Shown one piece after another: positions 28,000 through 38,527 of a stretch of DNA of 59,678 bases. Both the position numbers and the translations under genes were made by a program. Below the pieces are notes generated by a model. The model saw nothing but the letters and a program-made list of their open reading frames with translations. It did no database searches and was not told the DNA's origin. Positions within the stretch are counted from its first letter, which is position 1. Each line of letters starts with the position of its first letter. Source of the stretch: a virus (Duplodnaviria > Caudoviricetes); IMG/VR virus record IMGVR_UViG_3300037182_000030, positions 1 through 59,678 of that record; one strand, 5' to 3'.

Positions 28000-28518
28000 A
28001 TGAAATGTATTTCCACAACTCCAAACGGCAAGCAGATCACCCTGCCGCCGGTGTTCGCTCACGAAATCACCGCGTCACTCCCGGCAAGGCAGGTCAGCAT
28101 CGCGCAGTTTCCGGCAACGAATCCGAACTGGTCCCGTTATCTTCAGTTGAGCGATGAATATCTTTTCGTGAAACGAGGCAAGGCAGCCGTGGCCATCAGC
28201 ATCGCCGACCTGATAAACCTGGCATTTGTGTTGGAGCCTGGTTTGACGTGGACGCCGCCGGTTATTCTGGTGCAGCCGCAATCAAAGCAATGCAAGAAGG
28301 GCGACGCGGCGACCTTCACGGTGGAGGCCGGCAGCGAATACGACTTGATTTATCAGTGGCAACATTCAGCCGATGGAAAATCATGGGAAAACTGCGACAA
28401 GGAAACGAAGTCAACTTTGAATTGCACGCTGGCTGGATTTTATCGCTGCATCGTCACCGACAACGCAACCGAGCCGGGTTCAATCATCAGCGACCCGGCA
28501 ACTTTAACCGTCGTGTAA
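28000..28518 (+). CDS. Ig-domain protein
   Basis: PVI.VQPQS.....G..ATFTVEA.....YQWQ...G.YRC.VT......S..ATLTV. Confidence 0.85.
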   Translation: MKCISTTPNGKQITLPPVFAHEITASLPARQVSIAQFPATNPNWSRYLQLSDEYLFVKRGKAAVAISIADLINLAFVLEPGLTWTPPVILVQPQSKQCKKGDAATFTVEAGSEYDLIYQWQHSADGKSWENCDKETKSTLNCTLAGFYRCIVTDNATEPGSIISDPATLTVV

Positions 28519-28519
28519 A

Positions 28520-29836
28520 ATGCCAAACGTCCCGAACTATACGCCGCTCGTTGACAACCTCGGCCACGGTGGAGATCGCACCGATGGAACCGGAGGCCGG
28601 ACAGGGACGCCGACGCAGCCCGGGCAGATTGTTGTTTTCGATGCAAGCGGAGCAACGACGATTGACACCATCACCCCGCAAGAGTTGGACGACTCCCCGA
28701 TAATGGAGCGCGCCGAACAATGCACGGTAACGCATCACGTCAGAATGTCATGGAGCGAGGCGTTCATGCGCCTGAACTTTTACGGGCGCGGCGCTTTGCT
28801 CGGAGATTCTTACGGGAATTTTTACCGCGTTTTGTCGAGCAGCATCCAGAGACAACCAGGAGGAAAGGCGTTGCTCACAGTTGTTTCCGAATCAATGTCG
28901 TTTGATGTTCCACCTGATGAATACAGTTTGAGTCCGGTCAAACTCGGTTTGGACATTTTGAAACACCCGCGATACTTTTACGCGCTGATGCCGACAAACC
29001 AAATTCCAAATTTCAGCGGCACGTCAGACACAAGCGCACAGATCAACGCGAAGCAGGCAATCATCCGGGCGATTCAGGCTTACCGGGAAAATGCATTCAT
29101 CCCGACGACTGAAAACATAAACTGCATCACCGGATCGTTGCATGACACAATCATTTCAGCTTTCGTCTCTGGCAAAACTGTTTATCCGGTCAACAATCCG
29201 AATTACAATCCAGACAAACCAGCCACAGCCACGCCAGCAATAGGAACCCTTTTCGGAGGCAACCCATATCCGCCAGCGTGGGCAGCAGACGGAGACGCAA
29301 ACCCGGTAAATTATCTCGTTTCGTTCAACCCTTCAACCGACCCAAACTCAAAGGTTGCAATGGCCTTTGCCGCCGCAAAAGAACTCATCGGGAAACTTTG
29401 GAGGATGGAAGATACACCGCCAGTCAGCGGAGTCGAAATGGTATGGAGCGAGTATTCTTTCCGCCCGCAACTTTTGAATCTTGGCGGCTACGTTGAAGAC
29501 CCGGTTTCAGCAACTCCATCGTTGCCAGATTATTTTTATTCAACCGAGAATCCACCGAACACCGGCCAGACAGTCTTTGATAATTTGAGCCAGTTCAATC
29601 CTCAATGCTACAGCGCGGACGGAATCTACGGTCATGCCGTGAAAATAAGCTGGCTCCGGGACGCAGACACGCAAGAATGTATTCACGGATTGCTATGGAA
29701 GCACACAAGGAAATGGCTTGGCGCCCCAATTGGGGCATGGGATGAAGATTTGAACGCTGGCGGAAACAGCAGCAATTTGAGCGGCGGAAACAGGCCGTCA
29801 GTTGTCGGACATTACAGAAACTTGCTCCTGTCTTAA
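28520..29836 (+). CDS. Tail/baseplate structural protein
   Basis: Position; composition. Confidence 0.5.
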   Translation: MPNVPNYTPLVDNLGHGGDRTDGTGGRTGTPTQPGQIVVFDASGATTIDTITPQELDDSPIMERAEQCTVTHHVRMSWSEAFMRLNFYGRGALLGDSYGNFYRVLSSSIQRQPGGKALLTVVSESMSFDVPPDEYSLSPVKLGLDILKHPRYFYALMPTNQIPNFSGTSDTSAQINAKQAIIRAIQAYRENAFIPTTENINCITGSLHDTIISAFVSGKTVYPVNNPNYNPDKPATATPAIGTLFGGNPYPPAWAADGDANPVNYLVSFNPSTDPNSKVAMAFAAAKELIGKLWRMEDTPPVSGVEMVWSEYSFRPQLLNLGGYVEDPVSATPSLPDYFYSTENPPNTGQTVFDNLSQFNPQCYSADGIYGHAVKISWLRDADTQECIHGLLWKHTRKWLGAPIGAWDEDLNAGGNSSNLSGGNRPSVVGHYRNLLLS

Positions 29837-29837
29837 T

Positions 29838-30404
29838 ATGGCAACGTGTTCAGTTTCAAAAAATGTTTTCCTGCAAGTGCCGCGTGAAAGTTCTGTCATG
29901 CGTTCTCCGCGAGATGCCAATGACGTAAGGCAATTATGGAAGAATGAAAAAAAACTACGCGAGCAACTTCAAAGCGCGCTGAATCAAATCGAAATCGTGA
30001 CGCGGACGGTTGAGAAAATGCGGCGCAGAATTCTTGGCGGCGCAAGTTCACCATCTGGAAGCGGTTGGCAGTGGCAGACACCAAAAAAGGAACTCGACGG
30101 CACGATTCTGATTCCTGGCCCAAACTCAAAAGGAATATCAACGGCGGTTTATATTTCACCACAAAATCCGCTTGTGACAATTGGAGCCACACAATTGACG
30201 CCGGGCGATTTCTTCGGGATAAATGTAATGGCGGAGCCTGGCGTCTGGATAGCTGCTCAAGATGTTCCGCCAGACACCGGCAGCGGTTACTTTGTCCCGC
30301 AAATCCCACCGCAGTTGGGTGTTCCTTCTGGCAGTCCGCTTTCGGGCGATGCTGACGGAACAAACGTGTATTGGATTCCGATCTGGATTTACAGCCCTTG
30401 CTGA
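29838..30404 (+). CDS. Tail structural protein
   Basis: Position; N-terminal coiled coil. Confidence 0.45.
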   Translation: MATCSVSKNVFLQVPRESSVMRSPRDANDVRQLWKNEKKLREQLQSALNQIEIVTRTVEKMRRRILGGASSPSGSGWQWQTPKKELDGTILIPGPNSKGISTAVYISPQNPLVTIGATQLTPGDFFGINVMAEPGVWIAAQDVPPDTGSGYFVPQIPPQLGVPSGSPLSGDADGTNVYWIPIWIYSPC

Positions 30405-30405
30405 C

Positions 30406-33400
30406 ATGAGCAATCCAGTCTCAAGTCCACCGCAACCGGCGAAGTGCGCGGACTACGGCCCGTGCATGAAGCCGAAGCACTACAAGTATGGGTTGAAAGT
30501 CCCGATTTACAAAAACACGACCGACCTGCACGCGCAGAATTCTGGAAACGCTTCAACGGTGGACAGCACAAAGGGAAACTCAAATCTGCAACCGCTTCAC
30601 GCCGACGGATTCTACAGCGATGGCGGGAGTCATAATTGTGGAGATTATTCCAGCGGCACATGCGGAACGCGGTATGACGGCACCAATTATCCGGGCGGCT
30701 ATTCTGGTGGAAGCGTATTCTGCGGGCCGTGGACGCCGCGCCCGCCAGTCAACATGTTTGCTAAGATGGACGCGCTGCTATCGGTTGTGGTGACGAATGG
30801 CGGAACTGGCTACACGGACGGCGCGCTCATGTCGCCGGTGCTGGGTTACGCGCCGGATTCATCCAATCCAGATGACCGCGCGCCGACGTTCAGAATTAAG
30901 TGCACGGCGGGCGTGATTCAAAGCGCAACGGTTGTTGATCCCGGCGCGGTTTATGTTGACCTGACAGCCATCACGACTGCCACACAGACGCCAGCGCACT
31001 CCGGCGGCGCGGCGTTCACATTCTTGAGGCAAGACGCTGTTCACGATTTCGGCGCGTGCAACCTCGTCGGCTGGGCGGCGGTTTGTTCGGCTCGGCAGTG
31101 GCATGGCATCGTGCCGTGGACTTGCTACGAAGGAGTGCCGACAAAGAGCAAGCAATGTTTAGGATCATTGAATTGGGTTGTCTGGGAACCTTATCGTTCA
31201 ACGCCACCAAGCACCAAGTATTTGAAGCTGGTTGCTACAGTGACGCATCAAACTGACATCACCTATGATGATTCAACGCCTGCCGTTCACACCAAATATG
31301 GCCAGACGCGAACCTGTGAAGTTGTCGAGTCGAGCGGGGAAAGGTTGGGAACACTTTCAATTCCTGACGGATACGATGACCCTGCGACCGCATCAGACCC
31401 GACCACGGAACTTGCCACACTTGTTGGCAAGCTGTTGGCTGCGCAGGCAGGAGCGGCTAATTTCTTCTCGCTGTTTTTACAGACTCCGTTTGGAACTGGA
31501 TTTACGATTGACACAACAGGAAAAACCATTTCCACGGACGACGTGAGTGGCAGCGCGACGATGCCGGACTCTGTTGATGGCGACTTAACCATTTCTTCCG
31601 AGGGAATTCCCGATGAGGAGTTCAAATACGACTTCACCAACGGCATATTTTACAGGCATAAAAACCTCCACAGGCTTGTGACAACTGTTGGCACTGCTCC
31701 TTACCTAGAGGATAATAACGGAACGACGATTGACGTGACCTCACTTTCAGACACGGCGCTTCAAATTGATTGGACGACGTTTGACAGCTTGAACACAGGC
31801 GACGAGCCGGGAAGCTATATGGATAGGATAACTGTATATCTTCAGCTTTCAGAACCGAACACATCCGCCACGGTTACCGCCGAAGTGGACGCGAACATGG
31901 AGCCATGGCGGTTGCTTGACCGGACGATGCTGCCGCTGACTACAAACGCTTTCAATGGCATCATGCCGAAAGTTTCGCACAACGAGCGTCAGTTGGATGT
32001 TCAACCAATTCTGGACGGCAGCTTTGACGGAACGATGACGAATTATGCTGACTGGATCAGCACGGGGGTTTGGGGAAAGACTGCTGTGAATGGGTGGAAA
32101 GACATGCAGTGTTACGCCTGGCAAAAGTCAGACGGTTCGTTGAGTTCAAACCCGACTTCCGATTTCGCATCCGTGGCGGCATCCGGGATTGTAAAAATAA
32201 TTGACGGCTCGGTTCTTGGCCAGCCAATCTCCATTGACTCCGGCGGGAACGTGGTGCCATTCGATCCGGCTCTTGGCATCCCGCTGACTTATTTTGACCC
32301 GAACTTTCAAGGCTACGAAGAGTGCGACAATCTGGGCTGGTTCACGGCTTACTTGCATACATACGGCGAATGGTGTCCGAGTTGCGCAACCCAGATGACG
32401 AACAAATGGGAAGGCTCGGCGCTGACATTCGGGCGCACGCGCGTGTGCGGGCCGCAGTTCACTCCGCTGACTGGCATCTGGGCTGTCAAGAGCATCCAGA
32501 CAGGCGTGCGTTACCCTGCCCTGAATCATGCACGCCCATTCGGGAAAGATCGCTGGCTTGTGGACGAATTGCACGTTGGCTGCATCGCCGCCGATGGCAG
32601 TGATTCGAGCTTCACCGGCACCGCTGGGACTCTGGCTGGCGCGGTTGCGATGGCTCCGGGTGATGTCTGGTCATTCTACGGAACTGGCCACGACGGGACT
32701 TATCAAATTGACACCGTGACCGGCTTGAGCTTCACATGCCATTCGCTTTACGGACTTCCGGCGGGATTCACCTATTGGGACAACGGCAGAAATTTGACCG
32801 ACACTATTCATGGCGTGATGTTTAAGTTTCGCTTTCCAAGTTGCCCGCCGTTCGGTGGACGGCTGGCGGTTCAATCCGTGACAGCAGTGGACGATTCAAA
32901 TGGAAACCATCCCGGCTCTCACGCGGGCGACCCCGGCCAACATGCGGGAGTGGATTACATCCCGACGTGCCAGATCGTCACCGAGGCGACGGAAGTGCCG
33001 ATGGATGAAGTTGTGCCAAGTGGCATTCCGATCGCCGTGGATTTTTGTGGCGCGGACATGGCGGCGTTATCGTCCAACAAAACTCCGGTGACGAGCAGCC
33101 TCACGACGTTCAAGGTGCTGGAAACTTACGCGACCATCGCAGCGGCTAAATGGGTTGTGCTTTACGGTGCTCTCGAAGGCGAGACGACGGTGAATTGGAA
33201 GATGCCGGATGCCTCGGATCACGCAATTCCGAAATGGTTCTGGAATTATGACGGCTGGCAGGGGAAACATGATGGCGTCGGGAATATGGTCAAGGGTGAG
33301 TGGACCAAGGATTTCAGGAAGCCCGGCGAATATGCCCGAATGAACGTCGGCGGCTGGACGGCAAACACGGCTTATGCACTCGGTTTTCAAGTGTTCGATT

Positions 33401-34113
33401 CCGGAGGCAATTTGTGGACGGTGACACAAGCCGGAACTTCTGACCCCTCGACAAATCCGTTCACAGGATTAACTCCGGCCATCGGCAATCTCGCTTACGA
33501 CGGCGGGGTGATTTGGACGTGCGATTGGATTTCCGGTTGCGGCACGATATTCGACGACCCGCCCGATTGCTCCGGAACGAATTGCTACGGCTACGACCCA
33601 GACCACACGACGATTGCAGACACCTGTAAAGGCTGGGTCAGTTGCGGCCCGTGGTATATCGTCTGCTCGTCGCACACCGCCGACACGCCGCCAACCGGCC
33701 AAGGCATCCGCGCCGACTTTGCCGACAGCTACGTTGCGCAGATTGACCCGCGTTACGGCTCGGCTCAATACCTCGACTTCATTCAAGGGATGATTGACCC
33801 GATTTATCAATCGCCGCATGTCCCGTGCGGACATCCCGCCGCCAACTGCGAACTCGCCGACCCGCCGACGTGCCCGCCGACGTGCGTGCCCATTGTCGAG
33901 GCGCGGGCGGTCATCCCCGGCTCAACAGGCAGCACAGGGCCGCCCGATGGCGGTGGCGGATCGGGATTGAACGCTGTGCCGCCCGTGATTTTCAATTACA
34001 CCATGTTTAGCCCGGCAACGCACACAATACCCGATAACGTGGCGGCACCGCCTTCGCCTTTGACGCAGCCGGACTCGGTTTATGCGCCGACCGGGATTTA
34101 CCCGAATTGCTGA
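30406..34113 (+). CDS. Large tail/host-recognition protein with carbohydrate-binding-like module
   Basis: VTNGGTGYT repeat; WTANTAYALG..V....GN.W.VTQAGTS; Cys-rich. Confidence 0.6.
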   Translation: MSNPVSSPPQPAKCADYGPCMKPKHYKYGLKVPIYKNTTDLHAQNSGNASTVDSTKGNSNLQPLHADGFYSDGGSHNCGDYSSGTCGTRYDGTNYPGGYSGGSVFCGPWTPRPPVNMFAKMDALLSVVVTNGGTGYTDGALMSPVLGYAPDSSNPDDRAPTFRIKCTAGVIQSATVVDPGAVYVDLTAITTATQTPAHSGGAAFTFLRQDAVHDFGACNLVGWAAVCSARQWHGIVPWTCYEGVPTKSKQCLGSLNWVVWEPYRSTPPSTKYLKLVATVTHQTDITYDDSTPAVHTKYGQTRTCEVVESSGERLGTLSIPDGYDDPATASDPTTELATLVGKLLAAQAGAANFFSLFLQTPFGTGFTIDTTGKTISTDDVSGSATMPDSVDGDLTISSEGIPDEEFKYDFTNGIFYRHKNLHRLVTTVGTAPYLEDNNGTTIDVTSLSDTALQIDWTTFDSLNTGDEPGSYMDRITVYLQLSEPNTSATVTAEVDANMEPWRLLDRTMLPLTTNAFNGIMPKVSHNERQLDVQPILDGSFDGTMTNYADWISTGVWGKTAVNGWKDMQCYAWQKSDGSLSSNPTSDFASVAASGIVKIIDGSVLGQPISIDSGGNVVPFDPALGIPLTYFDPNFQGYEECDNLGWFTAYLHTYGEWCPSCATQMTNKWEGSALTFGRTRVCGPQFTPLTGIWAVKSIQTGVRYPALNHARPFGKDRWLVDELHVGCIAADGSDSSFTGTAGTLAGAVAMAPGDVWSFYGTGHDGTYQIDTVTGLSFTCHSLYGLPAGFTYWDNGRNLTDTIHGVMFKFRFPSCPPFGGRLAVQSVTAVDDSNGNHPGSHAGDPGQHAGVDYIPTCQIVTEATEVPMDEVVPSGIPIAVDFCGADMAALSSNKTPVTSSLTTFKVLETYATIAAAKWVVLYGALEGETTVNWKMPDASDHAIPKWFWNYDGWQGKHDGVGNMVKGEWTKDFRKPGEYARMNVGGWTANTAYALGFQVFDSGGNLWTVTQAGTSDPSTNPFTGLTPAIGNLAYDGGVIWTCDWISGCGTIFDDPPDCSGTNCYGYDPDHTTIADTCKGWVSCGPWYIVCSSHTADTPPTGQGIRADFADSYVAQIDPRYGSAQYLDFIQGMIDPIYQSPHVPCGHPAANCELADPPTCPPTCVPIVEARAVIPGSTGSTGPPDGGGGSGLNAVPPVIFNYTMFSPATHTIPDNVAAPPSPLTQPDSVYAPTGIYPNC

Positions 34114-34114
34114 C

Positions 34115-34438
34115 ATGATTCACGGCCTCGAAAAATTGCGCGGCGGTTCTGATTTCCCGACAATTGGACAGCAGCTTGTTAATGCCGCGGGAGCCGCCGC
34201 CCGCGCGATGGCATCTGTCATGCACGGAAGCCCACTGATTGTGCCGATTGGAGTTGAATTGCAACGTCAGATGATTTGTGCGGATTGTGATGAAAACAAG
34301 TCAGGCAGTTGCCGTGTATGCGGATGTGGTGTCAGCACGCAGTTTGTCCGAAAGACACATCTAGCGACCGAGAAATGTCCCTTGCCAGTCCCGAAATGGG
34401 AAAGGTGGACGCCGCAAAATAAGACAAAAGAAAATTGA
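34115..34438 (+). CDS. Cys-rich protein (R..IC..C......C..CGC....K..L....CP...KW family)
   Basis: Motif seen directly. Confidence 0.65.
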   Translation: MIHGLEKLRGGSDFPTIGQQLVNAAGAAARAMASVMHGSPLIVPIGVELQRQMICADCDENKSGSCRVCGCGVSTQFVRKTHLATEKCPLPVPKWERWTPQNKTKEN

Positions 34439-34443
34439 CACCC

Positions 34444-37400
34444 ATGAAAACAAAAAGCAAATTCGCTTTGATGAAACGGTTATCAACAGCAATTGCAGCC
34501 ATCCTATTTTGCCTGCCATTATTCGGGCAAATTCAAAGCAACGTCCTTACCGGGAAAATTTCAGATTTCAGCATAAAGCCGCGCGCCGGCCTTGTTGTGA
34601 ATTTGAGCATCACCCGGCCAATCAACCGGACGATAAACGGAATTTTCATCAGCAACGATCCCATTCAGGAAACGCCAGACGCAGGAGGGAACTTTGCATT
34701 CACCAACATCCAGGCCGGCATTTACAGATTTTGGCCGCAAGATTCAAGCGGGTCATATTGGACGGTGACGAATTACAACACGACCGGAACGTGGCCGCTG
34801 GCATCATTGGTGACGAGCCAAATTTCTTCGTTCTCAAACCCAGGCACAAATGTTTTCAGCCAAAGTCAGTCACTCGCGCTATTCATTCAGCAATTAAATG
34901 CCGGGACAAACATTTCAGTGGTGAACAATAATGACGGCACATGGACAATATCTTCAACCGGAAGTGGAGGCGGCGGCTCCGGCACAATCACGAACGGCAC
35001 GGGAACGAACGGCGCGGTGGTGACGGTGAACGGCGGGACGATTGTGGTGTCTGCGGCGGCACCGGGTGCCGTTACGACCGGCGACACGCGAACCATTGTC
35101 TTGAGCAACAACGCCAACATGTTCTTCGGCGGCGGATATTCTCCCAGCAACGCTACGCCGACATTCAACTTTCAATACGGGACGGCTTACGATCTAGCTT
35201 CGCAGCAATCGGCGGATTTCAATGCCCGGCAACTGACATACAATTTCCAGTCCGCACTCGATTGGGGAGCGACACCTTACCTTCACGGCACATGGGGCGC
35301 AGATGTTTTGAACGTGGGGACGCTGACGAACGTGAACAACATTTACGGGCCGTCAGCAGGCGGTGCTTCTAGGTTGAGCCTGTATGCAACGGACGTGATT
35401 TTGGAAAATGGGTCTGGAGATTATTTTGAGGCTTCAGCGGGTGGGCTGGTCGCAATGCACTCATCCCTCGGCGGCGACGTGAGCCTTGAAAACGGAATCT
35501 TCAAAGTGACAAATGCTTCCATCGTCGGCGGCATGAGTGGCACGAACATCCAAACAGGCACTATCTCCACCAACAAGGTTGACGCGACGTTCATGGCCGC
35601 GCTAGGAGGTTCTGGAGGCAGCACAGCCAATGTCCTCACAACGAACGCAGGGACGATGCAGGTAGTCAGCGGACCAGTTACGTTGACGAACGCGAATAAC
35701 ATTCTCGGTGGCGACATCTCAAAAGCAACCGGATCGAACACGAACCTTGCCGTTAGCAATTTCCAATTTCCACCGTGGCTTGGTATCACCAATTTCTCAG
35801 TTGGCGAGACGATAATTGAGTCCAACATTTATAGGACTGACCTTTCTGGTTTTGTGGGTATTGTGTCTGGATATACTCCTACCAACCGGGCAAGCTGGTA
35901 TTACAATCCTTATGGCTCATCTCCAAGTTATTACACGAACGATGGTGCTGGCAACGTCACCATGAGCGGCACTTTGAAAGCTGGAACGGTCACTTCGACC
36001 AATGGGTTTATTGGAAATCTTACTGGCAATGCCGACAGTGCGACTAACTTGGTTAACGGAGCAGGTGTTACTAACGTCACGGCGCATGGTGGTCTTTCGG
36101 TTGAATCGGAAGGGGCAACAATACGGATTATCGAGGTGGACGACCCGCAGCCGCACATGATGCTTTTGACGAACTTGGATTCGCTTTACGACATGGCATT
36201 TGCGACCGCCGGGGGAGGGTTTTACTATTACGTCAGCGGGCAGCAGGCGCTTTTTCTGTCGGAGGCTTTAATGACTGTGTATGGCGTGCTGACTCCGGGT
36301 TCCGGCATACAATCTCCACTTGGGAATTATTCAATGTCTGACAGCCTGATCGATTTCTTCGAGCCGGCTTTTGGAGTTGACGCATTCAAGTTTCAACCTG
36401 GCGCAGCGTATTCACTCTCAGGAACGAATGGGAATGTCATTGATATTTATGGCCAGCGGATTTCCGGGTTTTCATTTTCAGGGACAAACATTGATGCAGG
36501 AACGGTCGGCAGCAACAAGCTGGACACGGCAACAAGGGCGATGCTCGGCGGCGGTTCACTTCCAAGCGGTCTGGTGACGAACAATACTCCCGGAGCGGTC
36601 AACATCGCAACGAACTCAACGCTGACGGTGAGCAATCTTGTTGCTGCGCACATTTCCGGCGACATCTCACAGGCTACCGGCGCGAACACGAACCTTATTG
36701 TAAGCCACTTCCAGTTTGACCCGTCGTTTGGGATGACCAATTATTTGTATGGGGGAGCGATGCACTCGGATGCCATTGACGGGAGCTTCGCTTCAAGTTG
36801 GAACCCATATTATGGACTTTTCTACTACACCAATGAGGTTACTCATGTTGTTCGGTCAATGGACGCAGGATTCAACAGCTACCAGAGCGGCAACTTAACT
36901 GTTGGCGGCACAATCTCTGGTAACGCCGGAGGGTTGACATGGCCGAACGGCTCGGCTGGACAGGTTGCAACATTCAGGTCAGACGGCACGATTGCTCCGT
37001 CCAATGCTCCTGCGGGGGGAAGCAGTCTTTACGCTTTTGCGGCGACAAATCTTTTTGCGGGGGCAACACTTACGAACGTTCAATTCGTGGGAACAAACTT
37101 TTTAACCTACACGGACGCAAATGGCAATCATGTCGTCACCAACACGGCAATGGGACAATACGACATCTGGAATCCAGTGACGTTTGCGGAGACAAATTCT
37201 GGACCAATTACTCTGACCACGAATCTAATAGTGGGCGGGACTTTAACTGTCGGTGGAGACATAAACTTTACCGTTGCCAATCCTTTTTTCAACTCTGCTA
37301 GTTATCCAGTTTTCCCGCATGGTATTGATGTGGGTGACGGGGGCGCTTATTTCACTCCTCCGATATGTGCCCGCGCTGGAATTTATAACGATCAAGGCTT

Positions 37401-37692
37401 TCCACTTACTTTAGGAACTTACGGCATAGCCACCTATTCCAGCAACACGCTCGCGCTGGCCTCAATCAGTTTTCCCGCCACAACCGTCAATTGGACGAAC
37501 GCGACTGGTAAAAATATATTTGTGTTCATTGACAATGCCGGAGTCACTGGAACGGCGCTGAAAATAAACGGCACTCAAATATCCAGCACACTTCTCGTAA
37601 CCGGCGACACCATGATTCCATTGCAGCCCGGAGAATACTTTTCAGAAACTTACACAATTGGAACTCCAATTGGAGTTTGGAAACCACAATGA
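34444..37692 (+). CDS. Large Thr/Asn/Gly-rich fibre/adhesin-like protein with signal peptide
   Basis: MKRLSTAIAAILFCLPLFG|Q; internal duplicated SGTNI..GT...NK.D...GDIS.ATG.NTNL.VS.FQF. Confidence 0.65.
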   Translation: MKTKSKFALMKRLSTAIAAILFCLPLFGQIQSNVLTGKISDFSIKPRAGLVVNLSITRPINRTINGIFISNDPIQETPDAGGNFAFTNIQAGIYRFWPQDSSGSYWTVTNYNTTGTWPLASLVTSQISSFSNPGTNVFSQSQSLALFIQQLNAGTNISVVNNNDGTWTISSTGSGGGGSGTITNGTGTNGAVVTVNGGTIVVSAAAPGAVTTGDTRTIVLSNNANMFFGGGYSPSNATPTFNFQYGTAYDLASQQSADFNARQLTYNFQSALDWGATPYLHGTWGADVLNVGTLTNVNNIYGPSAGGASRLSLYATDVILENGSGDYFEASAGGLVAMHSSLGGDVSLENGIFKVTNASIVGGMSGTNIQTGTISTNKVDATFMAALGGSGGSTANVLTTNAGTMQVVSGPVTLTNANNILGGDISKATGSNTNLAVSNFQFPPWLGITNFSVGETIIESNIYRTDLSGFVGIVSGYTPTNRASWYYNPYGSSPSYYTNDGAGNVTMSGTLKAGTVTSTNGFIGNLTGNADSATNLVNGAGVTNVTAHGGLSVESEGATIRIIEVDDPQPHMMLLTNLDSLYDMAFATAGGGFYYYVSGQQALFLSEALMTVYGVLTPGSGIQSPLGNYSMSDSLIDFFEPAFGVDAFKFQPGAAYSLSGTNGNVIDIYGQRISGFSFSGTNIDAGTVGSNKLDTATRAMLGGGSLPSGLVTNNTPGAVNIATNSTLTVSNLVAAHISGDISQATGANTNLIVSHFQFDPSFGMTNYLYGGAMHSDAIDGSFASSWNPYYGLFYYTNEVTHVVRSMDAGFNSYQSGNLTVGGTISGNAGGLTWPNGSAGQVATFRSDGTIAPSNAPAGGSSLYAFAATNLFAGATLTNVQFVGTNFLTYTDANGNHVVTNTAMGQYDIWNPVTFAETNSGPITLTTNLIVGGTLTVGGDINFTVANPFFNSASYPVFPHGIDVGDGGAYFTPPICARAGIYNDQGFPLTLGTYGIATYSSNTLALASISFPATTVNWTNATGKNIFVFIDNAGVTGTALKINGTQISSTLLVTGDTMIPLQPGEYFSETYTIGTPIGVWKPQ

Positions 37693-37928
37693 TCCGCATA
37701 TTTTGTCACACCATGAAATTTCCACTATTCATCGCATCGTTTTTGGTATCACTGCACCTGTCAGCAGCGACTGTTTATCTTGCCCAAACCGCGACGGGTG
37801 ATGGCAGCGGCAGCGGAACGGGAAACCGGATGGCGCTTGTGACCATCAATTCAAGCTGGACGTTGAGCGCGGGATTCCAGATTTGGCCAAACGTAAGAAC
37901 CAACGTCGCCGCCGCAATCATACCATGA
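37690..37928 (+). CDS. Short secreted ORF, probable truncated remnant of a beta-helix protein
   Basis: Signal peptide plus ATVYLAQTATGDGSG, then ends. Confidence 0.4.
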
Positions 37929-38527
37929 AAACAAAATCATTACTCATCGCGTTTCTTTTAATCGGCTGTCTGGGATTCAGCTATCGCCAGCTTGTGCAGT
38001 TGACGACCGTGCCATCGGCGGGCGGGGGTGTAACGACATACACAATAATTCCTTCACCTGTCCCTTCGACTTCTTTGAGAAGCGATTATTCGGGGTTGGT
38101 CGGATTCTGTGCGACAGCAACAAGGGATTTGACCATCACGAAATTAGGAAGGTGGGTGGTGTCTGGAAATAGTCAGACTCACACAGTCTATGTTTACAGC
38201 GGAGATTATGTGGGCGGGGTCAATAGTAGCACAACGGTTCTGGGGTCTGTAACGGTCAACACGTCGGGAGCTACAGTCGGAGAGGTTTTGGAAGTGGTTT
38301 TGTCATCGCCAATTTCAGTGGCGTCAGGGGCAACCATAACCGTTGTAAGTGAGGAAACTTCCGGTGGCGACCAGTGGTATGAAAGGGGAGTTTATACGTT
38401 TTCCGCCGACTTCACGGCCTGTAACTACGCCTATGGTTCGGCTGGTTTTCTGCAAAATGACAACGTCGTCAATCCAAACAATAGTGGTGTCTTTGTGCCA
38501 GTGAATGCGGTCTATACCGTGCCATGA
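37925..38527 (+). CDS. Secreted beta-sandwich protein
   Basis: Signal peptide; G.VGF.....L.IT.LGRW...GN...HTV. Confidence 0.6.
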   Translation: MKTKSLLIAFLLIGCLGFSYRQLVQLTTVPSAGGGVTTYTIIPSPVPSTSLRSDYSGLVGFCATATRDLTITKLGRWVVSGNSQTHTVYVYSGDYVGGVNSSTTVLGSVTVNTSGATVGEVLEVVLSSPISVASGATITVVSEETSGGDQWYERGVYTFSADFTACNYAYGSAGFLQNDNVVNPNNSGVFVPVNAVYTVP